DNA of 64,000 nt from Bacteroidetes bacterium UBA3022 (GCA_002346225.1 DDYY01000079.1:4394-68393), one strand, 5' to 3'. Shown: positions 48,090 through 58,291, counted from the first letter of the stretch. A program made the numbers and translations. Notes: a model not told the origin generated them from the letters alone.

Positions 48090-50113
48090 CCAAACTTCTG
48101 TTCCATCAATTGTTGCAGACTGAACATCTCATCGCGTAATCGCGCAGCTTCCAGAAAATCCATATCCTTAGCAGCAGCCAGCATCTTTTTCTTTGCTTCT
48201 GCTATGGCTTTTTCCAGTTGTGGTTTCGTCATCATTTCTATGACCGGATCAGCTGCTACCTGAATCACATCATCCTCCACATAAGGCTGGGGTGCTTTTT
48301 TTCGGACATCCAGCACTGAGGTTTGTTTGAAAATCTCTTCCGTTGACTTCGTCACCGTGCGCGGTGTAATATTATGCATGCTATTAAAAGCCAGTTGTTT
48401 GGCTCTGCGCCGTTCGGTCTCATCAATAGTGCGCTGCATACTCTCTGTAATCTTATCGGCATACATGATTACTATTCCGTTCACATTTCTTGCAGCCCGA
48501 CCAGCGGTTTGTGTCAATGAACGGGTATTCCTCAGAAAGCCTTCTTTGTCAGCATCCAGAATGGCCACCAACGAAACTTCGGGGAGATCCAGACCCTCTC
48601 GCAGCAAGTTTACACCAATGACAACATCCAGTTTACCTAAGCGCAGATCCCTCAGTATTTCTACCCGCTCAAGGGTATCCACTTCGCTGTGTATATACCT
48701 GCATTTTATATTTACTTTCTGCAGGTATTTGGCAAGCTCCTCCGCCATGCGCTTGGTAAGTGTTGTGGCGAGCACACGCTCGTTCTTTTGTATCCGTTGC
48801 TCAATTTCATATAGCAAGTCATCAATCTGATTGAGACTGGGGCGCACTTCAATCTGAGGATCGAGCAGACCTGTCGGTCTTACCACCTGCTCTATAATCA
48901 CACCACCGGTTTGTCCAAGCTCATAATCCCCGGGCGTTGCACTTACGTAGATGGTCTGGCCGGCCACCAGCTGGAATTCATCGAAATTCAATGGTCTGTT
49001 ATCGAGTGCAGATGGAAGTCGAAATCCAAATTCCACCAGATTGATTTTTCTGGCCCTGTCGCCCCCATACATGGCACCTATCTGAGGCACGGTAACATGG
49101 CTTTCATCTATCACCAGTAAATAGTCATCCGGAAAATAGTCCAGCAGACAGAAGGGCCTTGAGCCCGGTTTTCGACGGTCGAAGAAGCGAGAGTAATTTT
49201 CTATACCCGAACAATAGCCCAACTCTTTTATCATCTCGATATCGAAATTTACCCTTTCTTTCAGGCGTTTCGCCTCCAGATATTTCCCGGCAGATTCGAA
49301 ATAGGCTACTTGTTCATCCAGTTCTTCATGGATTTCATGTAAAATCTGCGGAAAAATTTCTTTTGGTGCTATATACAGGTTAGCAGGAAAAATGGCTATG
49401 TGCTCTGCATCTTCCATCTTACTGTTGGTAGCTGCATCCCGCAATTCTATCTCTTCTATTTCATCACCAAAAAAGGTAATCCTGTAAATATAGTCGGCGT
49501 AGGCAGGATGCACTTCTACCGTATCACCTATAACACGGAATGTTCCCCTCCTGAAATCATTTACTGTTCGGGAATACAATGCTTCCACCAGCCTGTGCAA
49601 TAAAAAGTTACGGGTCATAGCGTCTCCTACATTCACCCTGACTATGCTTTCCTTGAATTCTGCCGGATTACCGATGCCATAAATGCAAGAAACCGTTGCC
49701 ACCACCACCACATCCCGCCGACCGCTTTGCAGACTGGATGTTGTCTTTAAACGCAACTTTTCGACCTCATCATTAATAGATAGGTCCTTTTCTATATAGG
49801 TATCGGATGAAGAAATGTAAGCCTCAGGCTGATAATAATCGTAATAAGAGACAAAATACTCTACGGCATTTTCCGGAAAAAACTGCTTGAATTCACCATA
49901 CAATTGAGCTACGAGGGTCTTATTATGGCTTAAAATGAGTGTTGGACGCTGTACTTGTTGAATCACATTGGCAATAGTGAAAGTCTTACCACTACCCGTT
50001 ACTCCCAGCAATACCTGCGCTTTTTCCTGCTCAGACAAGCCCCTTACAAGCTGTTCTATGGCCTGGGGCTGATCACCGGAAGGTATATAATTGGAGGTGA
50101 GATTGAACTTCAT
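48086..50113 (-). CDS. uvrB: excinuclease ABC subunit B
   Basis: Contains GVTGSGKTF, helicase motifs (DESH, ATPG) and the C-terminal UVR domain ...AAKDMDFLEAARLRDE. Confidence 0.96.
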   Translation of the reverse strand: MKFNLTSNYIPSGDQPQAIEQLVRGLSEQEKAQVLLGVTGSGKTFTIANVIQQVQRPTLILSHNKTLVAQLYGEFKQFFPENAVEYFVSYYDYYQPEAYISSSDTYIEKDLSINDEVEKLRLKTTSSLQSGRRDVVVVATVSCIYGIGNPAEFKESIVRVNVGDAMTRNFLLHRLVEALYSRTVNDFRRGTFRVIGDTVEVHPAYADYIYRITFFGDEIEEIELRDAATNSKMEDAEHIAIFPANLYIAPKEIFPQILHEIHEELDEQVAYFESAGKYLEAKRLKERVNFDIEMIKELGYCSGIENYSRFFDRRKPGSRPFCLLDYFPDDYLLVIDESHVTVPQIGAMYGGDRARKINLVEFGFRLPSALDNRPLNFDEFQLVAGQTIYVSATPGDYELGQTGGVIIEQVVRPTGLLDPQIEVRPSLNQIDDLLYEIEQRIQKNERVLATTLTKRMAEELAKYLQKVNIKCRYIHSEVDTLERVEILRDLRLGKLDVVIGVNLLREGLDLPEVSLVAILDADKEGFLRNTRSLTQTAGRAARNVNGIVIMYADKITESMQRTIDETERRRAKQLAFNSMHNITPRTVTKSTEEIFKQTSVLDVRKKAPQPYVEDDVIQVAADPVIEMMTKPQLEKAIAEAKKKMLAAAKDMDFLEAARLRDEMFSLQQLMEQKFG

Positions 50114-50193
50114 TCGACAAATCTACAACCCCTTCTCACATCCTTGCGTTCCAAGTACGGTTACAAAAATTTAACTTTGCCAAAAATTGCGCA

Positions 50194-50676
50194 ATGCGGA
50201 TTAGAGAAATAGTTGCCATCAGTGGAATGGGAGGTCTTTTTAAAGTAGAAGGTCAGAAGCCAAACGGATTAATTGTCACCTCGTTACAGGAAGGTTGGAC
50301 GAAATTCGTTTCCAATCGACAAAACATGTTCTCCTTACTGGAAAACATATCCATCTACACCGAGACAGATAATGTTGAGTTGGCAGATGTACTGGTGAAA
50401 GTGCATGAAATGAAAGCGAGCCATGCTGTACCTGATCCGGCATCAGATACTACAACATTAAGAGATTGGTTTACGGGCATTCAGCCTGACCATGATCAGG
50501 AAAAAGTGTATATCAGCGATATTAAGAAGCTAATACGCTGGTACAACATCCTCGACGAGAAGGGCATCATGGATGATGAAATCAAGGCGAGAGCCGATGA
50601 AGCCGCAGAAAATACAGAAGCCCCGGCAGCATCTGATGATAATACCGAGGCTCCTGAAGAGGAAGTCCAATCATAA
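50194..50676 (+). CDS. DUF5606-like protein with an acidic tail
   Basis: The N-terminus IREIVAISGMGGLFKVEGQKPNGLIV matches my memory of this Bacteroidota family. Function is unknown. Confidence 0.5.
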   Translation: MRIREIVAISGMGGLFKVEGQKPNGLIVTSLQEGWTKFVSNRQNMFSLLENISIYTETDNVELADVLVKVHEMKASHAVPDPASDTTTLRDWFTGIQPDHDQEKVYISDIKKLIRWYNILDEKGIMDDEIKARADEAAENTEAPAASDDNTEAPEEEVQS

Positions 50677-51492
50677 TTTAATAAACTGCTGCGTTTGTTG
50701 TATCCCCGGTCCTGACTGTACTATATACATACCGGGAGTGAGGTGCTGTGCGTCATAGGTCACATTGCTTTCACCGGTGTGTATCCAGCTGTCGGCCAGA
50801 CGACCGTGTAAGTCAAAGATCCGGATAAGCTCGCCGCTCTCTATCATGTCGCCATTCAGCAACAACTGATTGCGCACGGGATTATTCCAGACGAGTTGCT
50901 GATTTAGCAGATAAGATTCAATGCTTACAGGATTATTGGCCGGATCTTCCGCTACTGTTAGGGAGGTAATATAAATAGAATCACCACTTGCTGTTCCATT
51001 TCCATTGCCAACATTTACTGCTGCGTAAAAGGTGACATCACCTGTTGACATCAGAGGATTCCAGTCGAAAGTCCACGTGTTCACCCCGCTGACACCGTCT
51101 ATACTGGTACTATTATGAGTGACATAAGCTCCTCCACCGATTAATTTAGTCCTACTCGCATCGGTAAGATTCAGTTCTCCCTGAATATTACCCGAAATAT
51201 CTTGCGGTGATAGTTGAAATCCAAAACGATTTCTGGTTGGAGAAGTAGCTGTAATTGTAATGGTATAAGTTGCACCGGTTTGGTAGCCTTCTTCAGGTAT
51301 GTTTGTCGTTATAATGCCATCAGCGAATGTAGCAGTACCTGTATGGCAACCCACTTTAGCACATGAAACACCATCGCCCGGCGAACCGGTATTACCGCTG
51401 GGCGCTCCTGCTTTGTTGGCAGAAACCATATGATGCATTCCAGTAAAAGTCAAGGCTGTAAGAACAATCGAAATAGAGATAAAGGTTTTCAT
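50671..51492 (-). CDS. secreted protein with a T9SS type-A C-terminal sorting domain
   Basis: Has a signal peptide and the N-terminal block GAPSGNTGSPGDGVSCAKVGCHTG. The C-terminus is NPVRNQLLL...IRIFDLHGRL...LTPGMYIV...QQFIKL. Confidence 0.65.
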   Translation of the reverse strand: MKTFISISIVLTALTFTGMHHMVSANKAGAPSGNTGSPGDGVSCAKVGCHTGTATFADGIITTNIPEEGYQTGATYTITITATSPTRNRFGFQLSPQDISGNIQGELNLTDASRTKLIGGGAYVTHNSTSIDGVSGVNTWTFDWNPLMSTGDVTFYAAVNVGNGNGTASGDSIYITSLTVAEDPANNPVSIESYLLNQQLVWNNPVRNQLLLNGDMIESGELIRIFDLHGRLADSWIHTGESNVTYDAQHLTPGMYIVQSGPGIQQTQQFIKL

Positions 51493-51571
51493 CTTGAGTT
51501 GTTAGATCAAGGTTACAATTAAATCAAAAGAAAGTTCAAACAACTAAATAGAAGTGTCAAAAAACTGACAT

Positions 51572-52054
51572 TCAACCTTTACCTTCTAAAATTTGCTCTG
51601 CAGCAATTTTCGATTTCACCTGGTCAATGATGCGTTCGATTTTTCCCTCTTCATCTATGACAAAGGTTGTCCGGAATATACCTTCAATGACCTTTCCCAT
51701 AAATAGTTTCTCACCAAACACGCCAAATTTAGCCGCGATAGTCAGCTGCTCATCTGCCAGCAAACGATAAGGCAAGTCATGCTTTTCCGCAAACTTCTTT
51801 TTGGAAGCAGCATCCCCTTTGGAAATACCGACTACTTCGTACCCCGCTTTTTTCAGTTGTTTGAAGTGATCTCTGAGATTGCAAGCCTCTACCGTACAGG
51901 TGGGTGTTAGGTCTGCCGGGTAAAAGAACAAGACCCATTTTTTTCCCAACAAATCCTTAGACTGAAATGGATTGCCGTCCTGATCAACTGCCCTGAAAGA
52001 AGGAGCTTTTTTTCCTGGTTTAAGTTGTGTGGGTGCTGTTTTAGTTACTGCCAT
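51572..52054 (-). CDS. bcp: thioredoxin-dependent peroxiredoxin Bcp
   Basis: APSFRAVDQDGNPF...VLFFYPADLTPTCTVEACNLRD matches the Bcp active-site pattern (TP.CT.EAC). Confidence 0.85.
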   Translation of the reverse strand: MAVTKTAPTQLKPGKKAPSFRAVDQDGNPFQSKDLLGKKWVLFFYPADLTPTCTVEACNLRDHFKQLKKAGYEVVGISKGDAASKKKFAEKHDLPYRLLADEQLTIAAKFGVFGEKLFMGKVIEGIFRTTFVIDEEGKIERIIDQVKSKIAAEQILEGKG

Positions 52055-52056
52055 AT

Positions 52057-52764
52057 TTAAAAGTTTGGACGAAGATGCTGTGTAGCATAAAAATTGGTAA
52101 TGTGTGCCACAGCCTCTTCGGGTTCATCGGTAATAAAAAACAAGTCAAGATCCTCTTTACTTATATTACCCTCCATATCTAACACTACTTCCCGAATCCA
52201 GTTCAATAAACCTTCCCAATATTTTCTTCCAATAAAAACAACCGGAACCCTTTCTATCTTATGCGTTTGAATGAGGGTGAGCGATTCAAAGAGCTCATCC
52301 AGTGTTCCAAAACCACCCGGCATAAAAATAAATGCCTGCGCATATTTTACGAGCATCACCTTACGAACGAAGAAATAGTTAAAATTGATAAGCTTATCCT
52401 GGTCAACATACGGATTGGCATATTTCTCGAAAGGCAATTCGATATTGAGGCCTACACTTTTCCCTGACATCTGGTGGGCACCTTTGTTGCCCGCTTCCAT
52501 AATGCCTGGTCCGCCTCCGGTTATGATACCAAACCCTTCCTGCACCAGTTTGGAGGCTACTTCGGTAGTCAACTGGTAATAAGGATTATCAGGTTGTGTG
52601 CGGGCTGACCCATAAATGGAAACACAAGGTCCGATTTTATCCATCTTTTCGAAACCCTCCACGAACTCAGCCATAATCTTAAACATGCGCCACGAAGACT
52701 CCGCACTGAATTCGGTCCAGTCTTTGGCTTTATATATTTTCTTCTTCCGATACTTATCAGTCAT
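52057..52764 (-). CDS. LOG-family (TIGR00730) Rossmann-fold nucleotide-binding protein
   Basis: Contains GGGPGIMEA and PGGFGTLDE motifs. Confidence 0.85.
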   Translation of the reverse strand: MTDKYRKKKIYKAKDWTEFSAESSWRMFKIMAEFVEGFEKMDKIGPCVSIYGSARTQPDNPYYQLTTEVASKLVQEGFGIITGGGPGIMEAGNKGAHQMSGKSVGLNIELPFEKYANPYVDQDKLINFNYFFVRKVMLVKYAQAFIFMPGGFGTLDELFESLTLIQTHKIERVPVVFIGRKYWEGLLNWIREVVLDMEGNISKEDLDLFFITDEPEEAVAHITNFYATQHLRPNF

Positions 52765-52768
52765 AGTA

Positions 52769-54271
52769 TTATTTTTTTGATATCAAATAAAGCATCCCAT
52801 AGGTCAACAGTCCGTTCACCAGCAATAATTCAAATCCAAATTGGTATCCATTGAAAAGATACACATCATATTTATTGAGCAAGTAAGACAGCAATGGAGC
52901 AACTACGCAAATCATTGGAACGAACCAGTCATTTACTTTTCTGGAGCTAATAATTCCGAAAGCAAACATTCCGAGCAAAGGCCCATAGGTATAACCTGCT
53001 ACGGTAAACAACTCAAGTATTACAGATTCATTGCTTACAACCTTAAATACAAGGATGACTGCAATAAGTAATATCGAAAAGCCGGCATGCACACCATACC
53101 GCAGCGAGGTGCTGATGCCCCTATCCTTTTTGCCCAGGATATCGAGACAAAAACTTGTGGTCAGTGCTGTAAGAGCAGAGTCCGCACTGGAATATGCCGC
53201 TGCCGTCAGTCCTAAGATAAAAACCACTCCCATCCATGCTGGAAATGCGTTCAGCGATAACCAGGCAAACAGCGCGTCCTTCTTAAAGCACTCGCCATTA
53301 ATCAATAGCTGACAGCCTGCGTTCATTTGCTCAGGGTTATCAAATTGAGGCTCTACCCATCCATTTTGGGTCCCGTACATGTACAACAGCGCTCCTAAAA
53401 TCAAAAATAGCAGATTGACCGGCAGCAAAGACAAGCTCATCCAACGCATATTTTTCTGGCTTTCCTTCAATGTCTTGCAGCTAAGGTTCTTTTGCATCAT
53501 ATCCTGGTCCAGCCCAGTCATTACAATGGTGATGAACATTCCGCTAATGAAGTACTTGAAGAATGAATCGGCGGGTTGCCATTCCCACACAAATATTTTT
53601 CCGTACCCGCTTTCCCGCACTGCTGACCCAATGTTCCAGATATTTAAATCCAATTCTCCTGCAATAAACCAGACAGAAAAAATAACCGACAGCAACATAC
53701 AGGCAGTCTGTAAAGTATCCGTCCAGACAATCGTCTTGATTCCGCCTTTGAAGGAATACACCCAAATCAACAAAATGGTAGTTGTCACGGTAAGCCAGAA
53801 TGGGAAGCCAAAGTGAGAAAGAAGGAATGCATCCAGCACAATAGCCACCAGATAAAGTCGGAAACTGGCCCCAAGAATGCGGCTCAGCAGAAACAACGCT
53901 GCACCCGACTTATGGGCCCGGTCACCAAAGCGCTCTTTTAGGTAGGCGTAGATGGAAGTGAGTTGCAACCTGTAATAAAGGGGCAACAGTACCTGAATAA
54001 TAACGAGATAACCGGCCAGATAGCCCAAAACAATCTGAAAATAGCCCAACTGCCCGGTACCAACGGCACCCGGCACAGACATAAAAGTAACGCCACTCAG
54101 ACTGGCGCCAATCATACCAAATGCTACCAGATACCATTTTGAATTTCGATTCCCTATATAAAAGGAATCATTATCGGCTTTTCTTCCCGTCAGGAATGAA
54201 ACCCCTATCAGCAGCATAAAATATCCTGCCAGGACTAAAAGAATGAGTTGTTCGTTCACGGAACAAAACAA
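52769..54271 (-). CDS. sodium:solute symporter family transporter
   Basis: About 13 hydrophobic segments. The N-terminal pattern is FYIGNRNSKWYLVAFGMIGASLSGVTFMSVPG. The start is ambiguous: TTG at 54271 or GTG at 54259. Confidence 0.8.
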   Translation of the reverse strand: MFCSVNEQLILLVLAGYFMLLIGVSFLTGRKADNDSFYIGNRNSKWYLVAFGMIGASLSGVTFMSVPGAVGTGQLGYFQIVLGYLAGYLVIIQVLLPLYYRLQLTSIYAYLKERFGDRAHKSGAALFLLSRILGASFRLYLVAIVLDAFLLSHFGFPFWLTVTTTILLIWVYSFKGGIKTIVWTDTLQTACMLLSVIFSVWFIAGELDLNIWNIGSAVRESGYGKIFVWEWQPADSFFKYFISGMFITIVMTGLDQDMMQKNLSCKTLKESQKNMRWMSLSLLPVNLLFLILGALLYMYGTQNGWVEPQFDNPEQMNAGCQLLINGECFKKDALFAWLSLNAFPAWMGVVFILGLTAAAYSSADSALTALTTSFCLDILGKKDRGISTSLRYGVHAGFSILLIAVILVFKVVSNESVILELFTVAGYTYGPLLGMFAFGIISSRKVNDWFVPMICVVAPLLSYLLNKYDVYLFNGYQFGFELLLVNGLLTYGMLYLISKK

Positions 54272-54330
54272 CAGTTAAATGCGAAGTATTTAGGAATATT
54301 CCGGGAGAAATTATTCACATGGAGCGCGCA

Positions 54331-55251
54331 TTACCCCGTGCTTCTGTAGTTCTTCTTGGTATGTTTCTTCAGGTATTTGGGCTGAAAACAACCCAGTCCC
54401 GGCTTATCAAGACTAATGAAACCTTCTTCTGTTCCTGCGATGAAGTTACGGCTCAAAGTAAATCCGAAAAACATGTACCAGTCGTTATTGGTGGGATCAC
54501 CACGGAAATCGTTGTTGCCGAAATCAATATTGTCTGCATTCAGAAATTCTCCGGTTCTGTTGGAAAGCGCATAGGCATCAATACCATTTTCTTCTATCAG
54601 CAGATTGCGATCTACATAAGTCCTGCTTACATCATCGAGATAATCCGTAAATGTCCATCTTGCTGCATACTCTAATCCCAGATTCCAGCGCTCGCTGAAA
54701 GCCCATTTAACGCCAATAGCGAAGGGGATGGCCAATTCATATAAGCTGTACGGTTCCCGGAAATCGAAGAAATTAATCCCCTGCCCTTCGGTGCCAATAG
54801 GTTGCAATTCGTACCATTCACCACGATAGAAAGCCCGTGGATTAAAATGGAAACCGGCAATACCTGCATTAACGTAAGGAGAAAATGGCCTTCTCAATTC
54901 CTTGGGATATAAGCCGGGGAAAGAGTATTCCAAGGTAAGAGCCACTTCCGTGACATCTGAGGTAAAGCTTAGGTTGCGCAATTGCTGATCAGCCCGATCA
55001 GAATTGGCATCGTCCGCAGAAATTTGTCCGTGGTTCACATTCAGCTTCAGACCCAGCTGATAGCTCATGTTGTACTTAATAAATCCACCAAATGCAGGAT
55101 TGGATTCCTTTACTACTACATAGTCTTGCGTCAAGTCTCCATAATAATTGGAAACTCCTGCAAATACACCTACTTCCACCCAAGAAAGCGGGGCCTGCGC
55201 CTGGACGAGGGAAGCTAGGCTAACGGCTGCTATTACAAGAAATCCGCGCAT
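54331..55251 (-). CDS. LGTEGQG-motif outer-membrane beta-barrel protein, paralog 1 (possibly DUF6089 family)
   Basis: Has a signal peptide. Contains GVFAGVSNYYGDL, FNPRAFYRGEWYELQPIGTEGQG, FTDYLDDVS and the basic C-terminal tail LGCFQPKYLKK. Confidence 0.65.
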   Translation of the reverse strand: MRGFLVIAAVSLASLVQAQAPLSWVEVGVFAGVSNYYGDLTQDYVVVKESNPAFGGFIKYNMSYQLGLKLNVNHGQISADDANSDRADQQLRNLSFTSDVTEVALTLEYSFPGLYPKELRRPFSPYVNAGIAGFHFNPRAFYRGEWYELQPIGTEGQGINFFDFREPYSLYELAIPFAIGVKWAFSERWNLGLEYAARWTFTDYLDDVSRTYVDRNLLIEENGIDAYALSNRTGEFLNADNIDFGNNDFRGDPTNNDWYMFFGFTLSRNFIAGTEEGFISLDKPGLGCFQPKYLKKHTKKNYRSTG

Positions 55252-55352
55252 TGGTTACAATTAATGATGTACAAATATACAGTACTGCCTTTAAAAAAAG
55301 CAGGAGGCATACATCAGAACACCATTTCTTGCCGATTTATTGCAAATCAGGT

Positions 55353-56243
55353 CTAAAATTTAGGACAATGCAAGCCTGATTTTCTGCTTTGAGCAAATTT
55401 GTACCTGGGAGCAAAGTAATAGGAGAGTGTTGTGCCAATCCATCCGTAATGATCATTGGCAAGACCACCACGCTTGGAACCATTACCTAAGTCATCAGGA
55501 ACACCTTCGTTGGTGCCCCATGTGCGGTTAGAAAGCGCATAGGCAACTTCCCCCCGTTCAGCAATCAACACGTCAGCATTAACATAGGTGGTACTAACGT
55601 CATCAAGGTAGTCTGTAAATGTGTAGCGAAAACCGCCAGCCACATTGAGAGAGAAGCTATTACCTATCATAAATTTTATACCCATTTCAGCAGGTATAGC
55701 TATTTGGGTCAGTTGGTAGGGTTTCCTGTCAGGGAATGCAGAGGTTCCCTGTCCTTCCGTACTTAGGGGCTGCAATGCATATTCCTGCCCTTGATAAATA
55801 GACATGGGATTAAAGTGGAACACCGTTAACCCGGTTGAAAAGTAAGGGGCTATTTTGTTTCTACCCTTGGTAGGCAAAAATGCAAAGGGATAAAAATCGA
55901 CCAATACGCTGCCTTCGTATAAATCTGAGTAAAAGCTGAGATTTCTTTCTCTGGAAGAAGGTCTGGCTGCCAAAGAGTCAGCGCCTGATATGTAACCTTT
56001 ATTCAGCATCAACCTCAGGGAAAAATGGCTGCTCACTGGTTTGGCAATGAAAATACCGAATGCCGGCTGATAATCATTGTGCCGCATGTATGTATGAATG
56101 ACATCACCAGTATATGCCATGGTACCAGCCATCAGGCCCAACTCTGTATGTTGGGCAGTAACACTTTCTGAGGGAAGAAACATGATAACCGCTACAAATG
56201 CAGCTAATAAGCTACTTGATTTATGCCGTAAATGAAAGTTCAT
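55353..56243 (-). CDS. LGTEGQG-motif outer-membrane beta-barrel protein, paralog 2
   Basis: Contains GLMAGTMAYTGDV, FNPMSIYQGQEYALQPLSTEGQGTSAFPDRKPYQLTQIAIP, FTDYLDDVS and the tail SGLHCPKF. Confidence 0.65.
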   Translation of the reverse strand: MNFHLRHKSSSLLAAFVAVIMFLPSESVTAQHTELGLMAGTMAYTGDVIHTYMRHNDYQPAFGIFIAKPVSSHFSLRLMLNKGYISGADSLAARPSSRERNLSFYSDLYEGSVLVDFYPFAFLPTKGRNKIAPYFSTGLTVFHFNPMSIYQGQEYALQPLSTEGQGTSAFPDRKPYQLTQIAIPAEMGIKFMIGNSFSLNVAGGFRYTFTDYLDDVSTTYVNADVLIAERGEVAYALSNRTWGTNEGVPDDLGNGSKRGGLANDHYGWIGTTLSYYFAPRYKFAQSRKSGLHCPKF

Positions 56244-56449
56244 AACAAGGACCTTTGGTTGGTTTCAAACATGGGTATACCGGCAAACAATGAGGGTTAA
56301 ACATTCGGGGGTAAAAATAGTTTCCTTGAATGATCCATTAGGAACATTTAAAAGCCATTTGAGACAGATAAGATTTAAGGCTATCTATAGATTCATCTAA
56401 AGTCTATGCCAACTAAGTGACAACTTAAATCTGGTGGTAAGTCTTGAGA

Positions 56450-57307
56450 TTATTTACCACAACCTATATTAGCTCTTTTTGCGGCAGCTGATTCAATAAA
56501 CCCGGATGGAAATATAAAAGAAAAAGTAACTCCGAAATAACCATAATAATCGTTCACATCAGGATTACCTCTTGGCGAAGTTGAAGTCTTCAACGTTGGC
56601 TCTCCTCCAAGGTATTCACCGGTCCTGTTGGATAAGTGGTAGGCCATTAATCCGTTTTCTGCAATTAGAATTGCCGGATCTACATAAGTGTTACTTAAGT
56701 CGTCCAAGTAATCAGTGAATGTGACCTGCAAGGTGCCTTCTACACCCACTGCAAGGGAGGGGCTCAGGAGGTATTTGACGCCGCCACCGAGTGGAACCGC
56801 AATTTGAGTAAGTCTATAGGGTTTCCTATCCGGGAAAGCTGAGGTTCCCTGACCTTCCGTTCCCAAGGGCTGAAGTTCTACCCAGTTGCCCTGGTATTCT
56901 GCCATAGGATTGAAATGAAAAAGTGTCACCCCTGTGAAAAAATAAGGTGACCATCGTTTTTGCTCCGGTATATAGCCAAGAGGGTAATAGCGCAGACTTG
57001 CCTGCAACTCATTGATTTTCGACTCAAAGCTTAAATTACGCACCCGGAATCCTTCTTGCGTGCTGTAAGAGTCTGCTCCGCTCACTGCAGCATTTTTGTA
57101 CCCCAGCTGCAACGCCCAGCGACTGTTCAGGTGCAATTCTGCGCCTAGACCAATGGCAGGGTGTACGGTTTTTAGATCAATGTATTGATGGGTTAAATCT
57201 CCATATTATAGGGAGCCACCTGCAAAGACAGTAATATCGACATCCTGGGCCTTTAAAGTAATATTAAAGGCGACCAATGTGACGCCAATGAAGAGTAACC
57301 TGTTCAT
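56450..57307 (-). pseudogene. LGTEGQG-motif outer-membrane protein, paralog 3, interrupted by one in-frame TAA
   Basis: ATG at 57307 gives MNRLLFIGVTLVAFNITLKAQDVDITVFAGGSL, then TAA (57206-57208). The same frame continues YGDLTHQYIDLKTVHPAIGLGAELHLNSRW... into the tracked ORF 56450-57136 (57307-57136 = 171 nt, in frame). Confidence 0.6.
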
Positions 57308-57361
57308 AATTACGTATATCTTTTATGTATACGTTTGAAAGAACAAATAGTTTGCCAATTC

Positions 57362-58291
57362 CTATCTTTTTCCAGGGCATCCCATTTTTTTTCTTGCCTG
57401 CCGAGTCCCCTTATAAGGTTTACCCTCTACATAGTATTGATTTCGCCTAAGCCCCTCCTGAATTAAGCTGAGATTATAGGATACTATAAAGCCAGTAAAA
57501 AAGTACCAATCCTTATCTGTGGGGTCACCCCGAAGGTAATTATCGTCCTTTAACCACTCCACTCCATCATTAATTTCGTCTGATCGGTTAGACAGTTCCC
57601 AGGCCAGTGCGCCATTTTCAGCAATCAATATCTCCTTGGCTACATATGTATTGCTGACATCATCGATATAATCTGTGAAGGTCTTCCTCCAGCCTAATTC
57701 AACACCGATATTCCAGTTTCGGGAGATATTGCCCTTGAAGCCTATACCTAACGGAACATTTATCTGGGTCAATCTATAGGGCTCTCTGTCGGGATATGCC
57801 TCCGTCCCCTGACCTTCTGTGCCCAATGGTTGCAATTCTACCCAGTTACCTTCAAAATTGGCCTTAGGATTAAAGTGAAAAAGTCCAATACCCGCAAAAA
57901 CATAGGGTGACAGAAGGTTCTTATGCCGATGTGGTTGAAATCCGGTGATATTCATTTCACCCATAACCGCTACTTCATTGATGGCGGTCTCGAAGTGAAG
58001 ATTTCTCTTTACGCGAAAAGGCTGGTCGTATAAAGCATCATTGCCACTTAGTGAACCTGAATAATAACTCACTTTTACCGCCAAAAATTTGTTGAAATTA
58101 TACTTGGCAAAAACACCACTTGCCAGGTGCGTTTCTGCAGGGTTGAATGCAAAAGGCGCGAGGTCACCCTGATAATTACTGAACCCACCGAACACACCTA
58201 ATTCATAATACTGGGCATTTGTAGGCAGCTGCAACAATAAAACTCCGGCGAGGATTAACCTGCTCCAAAACAATACAATCTGGTTTTGCAC
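57362..58291 (-). CDS. LGTEGQG-motif outer-membrane beta-barrel protein, paralog 4
   Basis: GTG start. Contains GVFGGFSNYQGDL, FNPKANFEGNWVELQPLGTEGQGTEAYPDREPYRLTQINVP, FTDYIDDVS and the tail KKMGCPGKR. Confidence 0.65.
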   Translation of the reverse strand: MQNQIVLFWSRLILAGVLLLQLPTNAQYYELGVFGGFSNYQGDLAPFAFNPAETHLASGVFAKYNFNKFLAVKVSYYSGSLSGNDALYDQPFRVKRNLHFETAINEVAVMGEMNITGFQPHRHKNLLSPYVFAGIGLFHFNPKANFEGNWVELQPLGTEGQGTEAYPDREPYRLTQINVPLGIGFKGNISRNWNIGVELGWRKTFTDYIDDVSNTYVAKEILIAENGALAWELSNRSDEINDGVEWLKDDNYLRGDPTDKDWYFFTGFIVSYNLSLIQEGLRRNQYYVEGKPYKGTRQARKKMGCPGKR

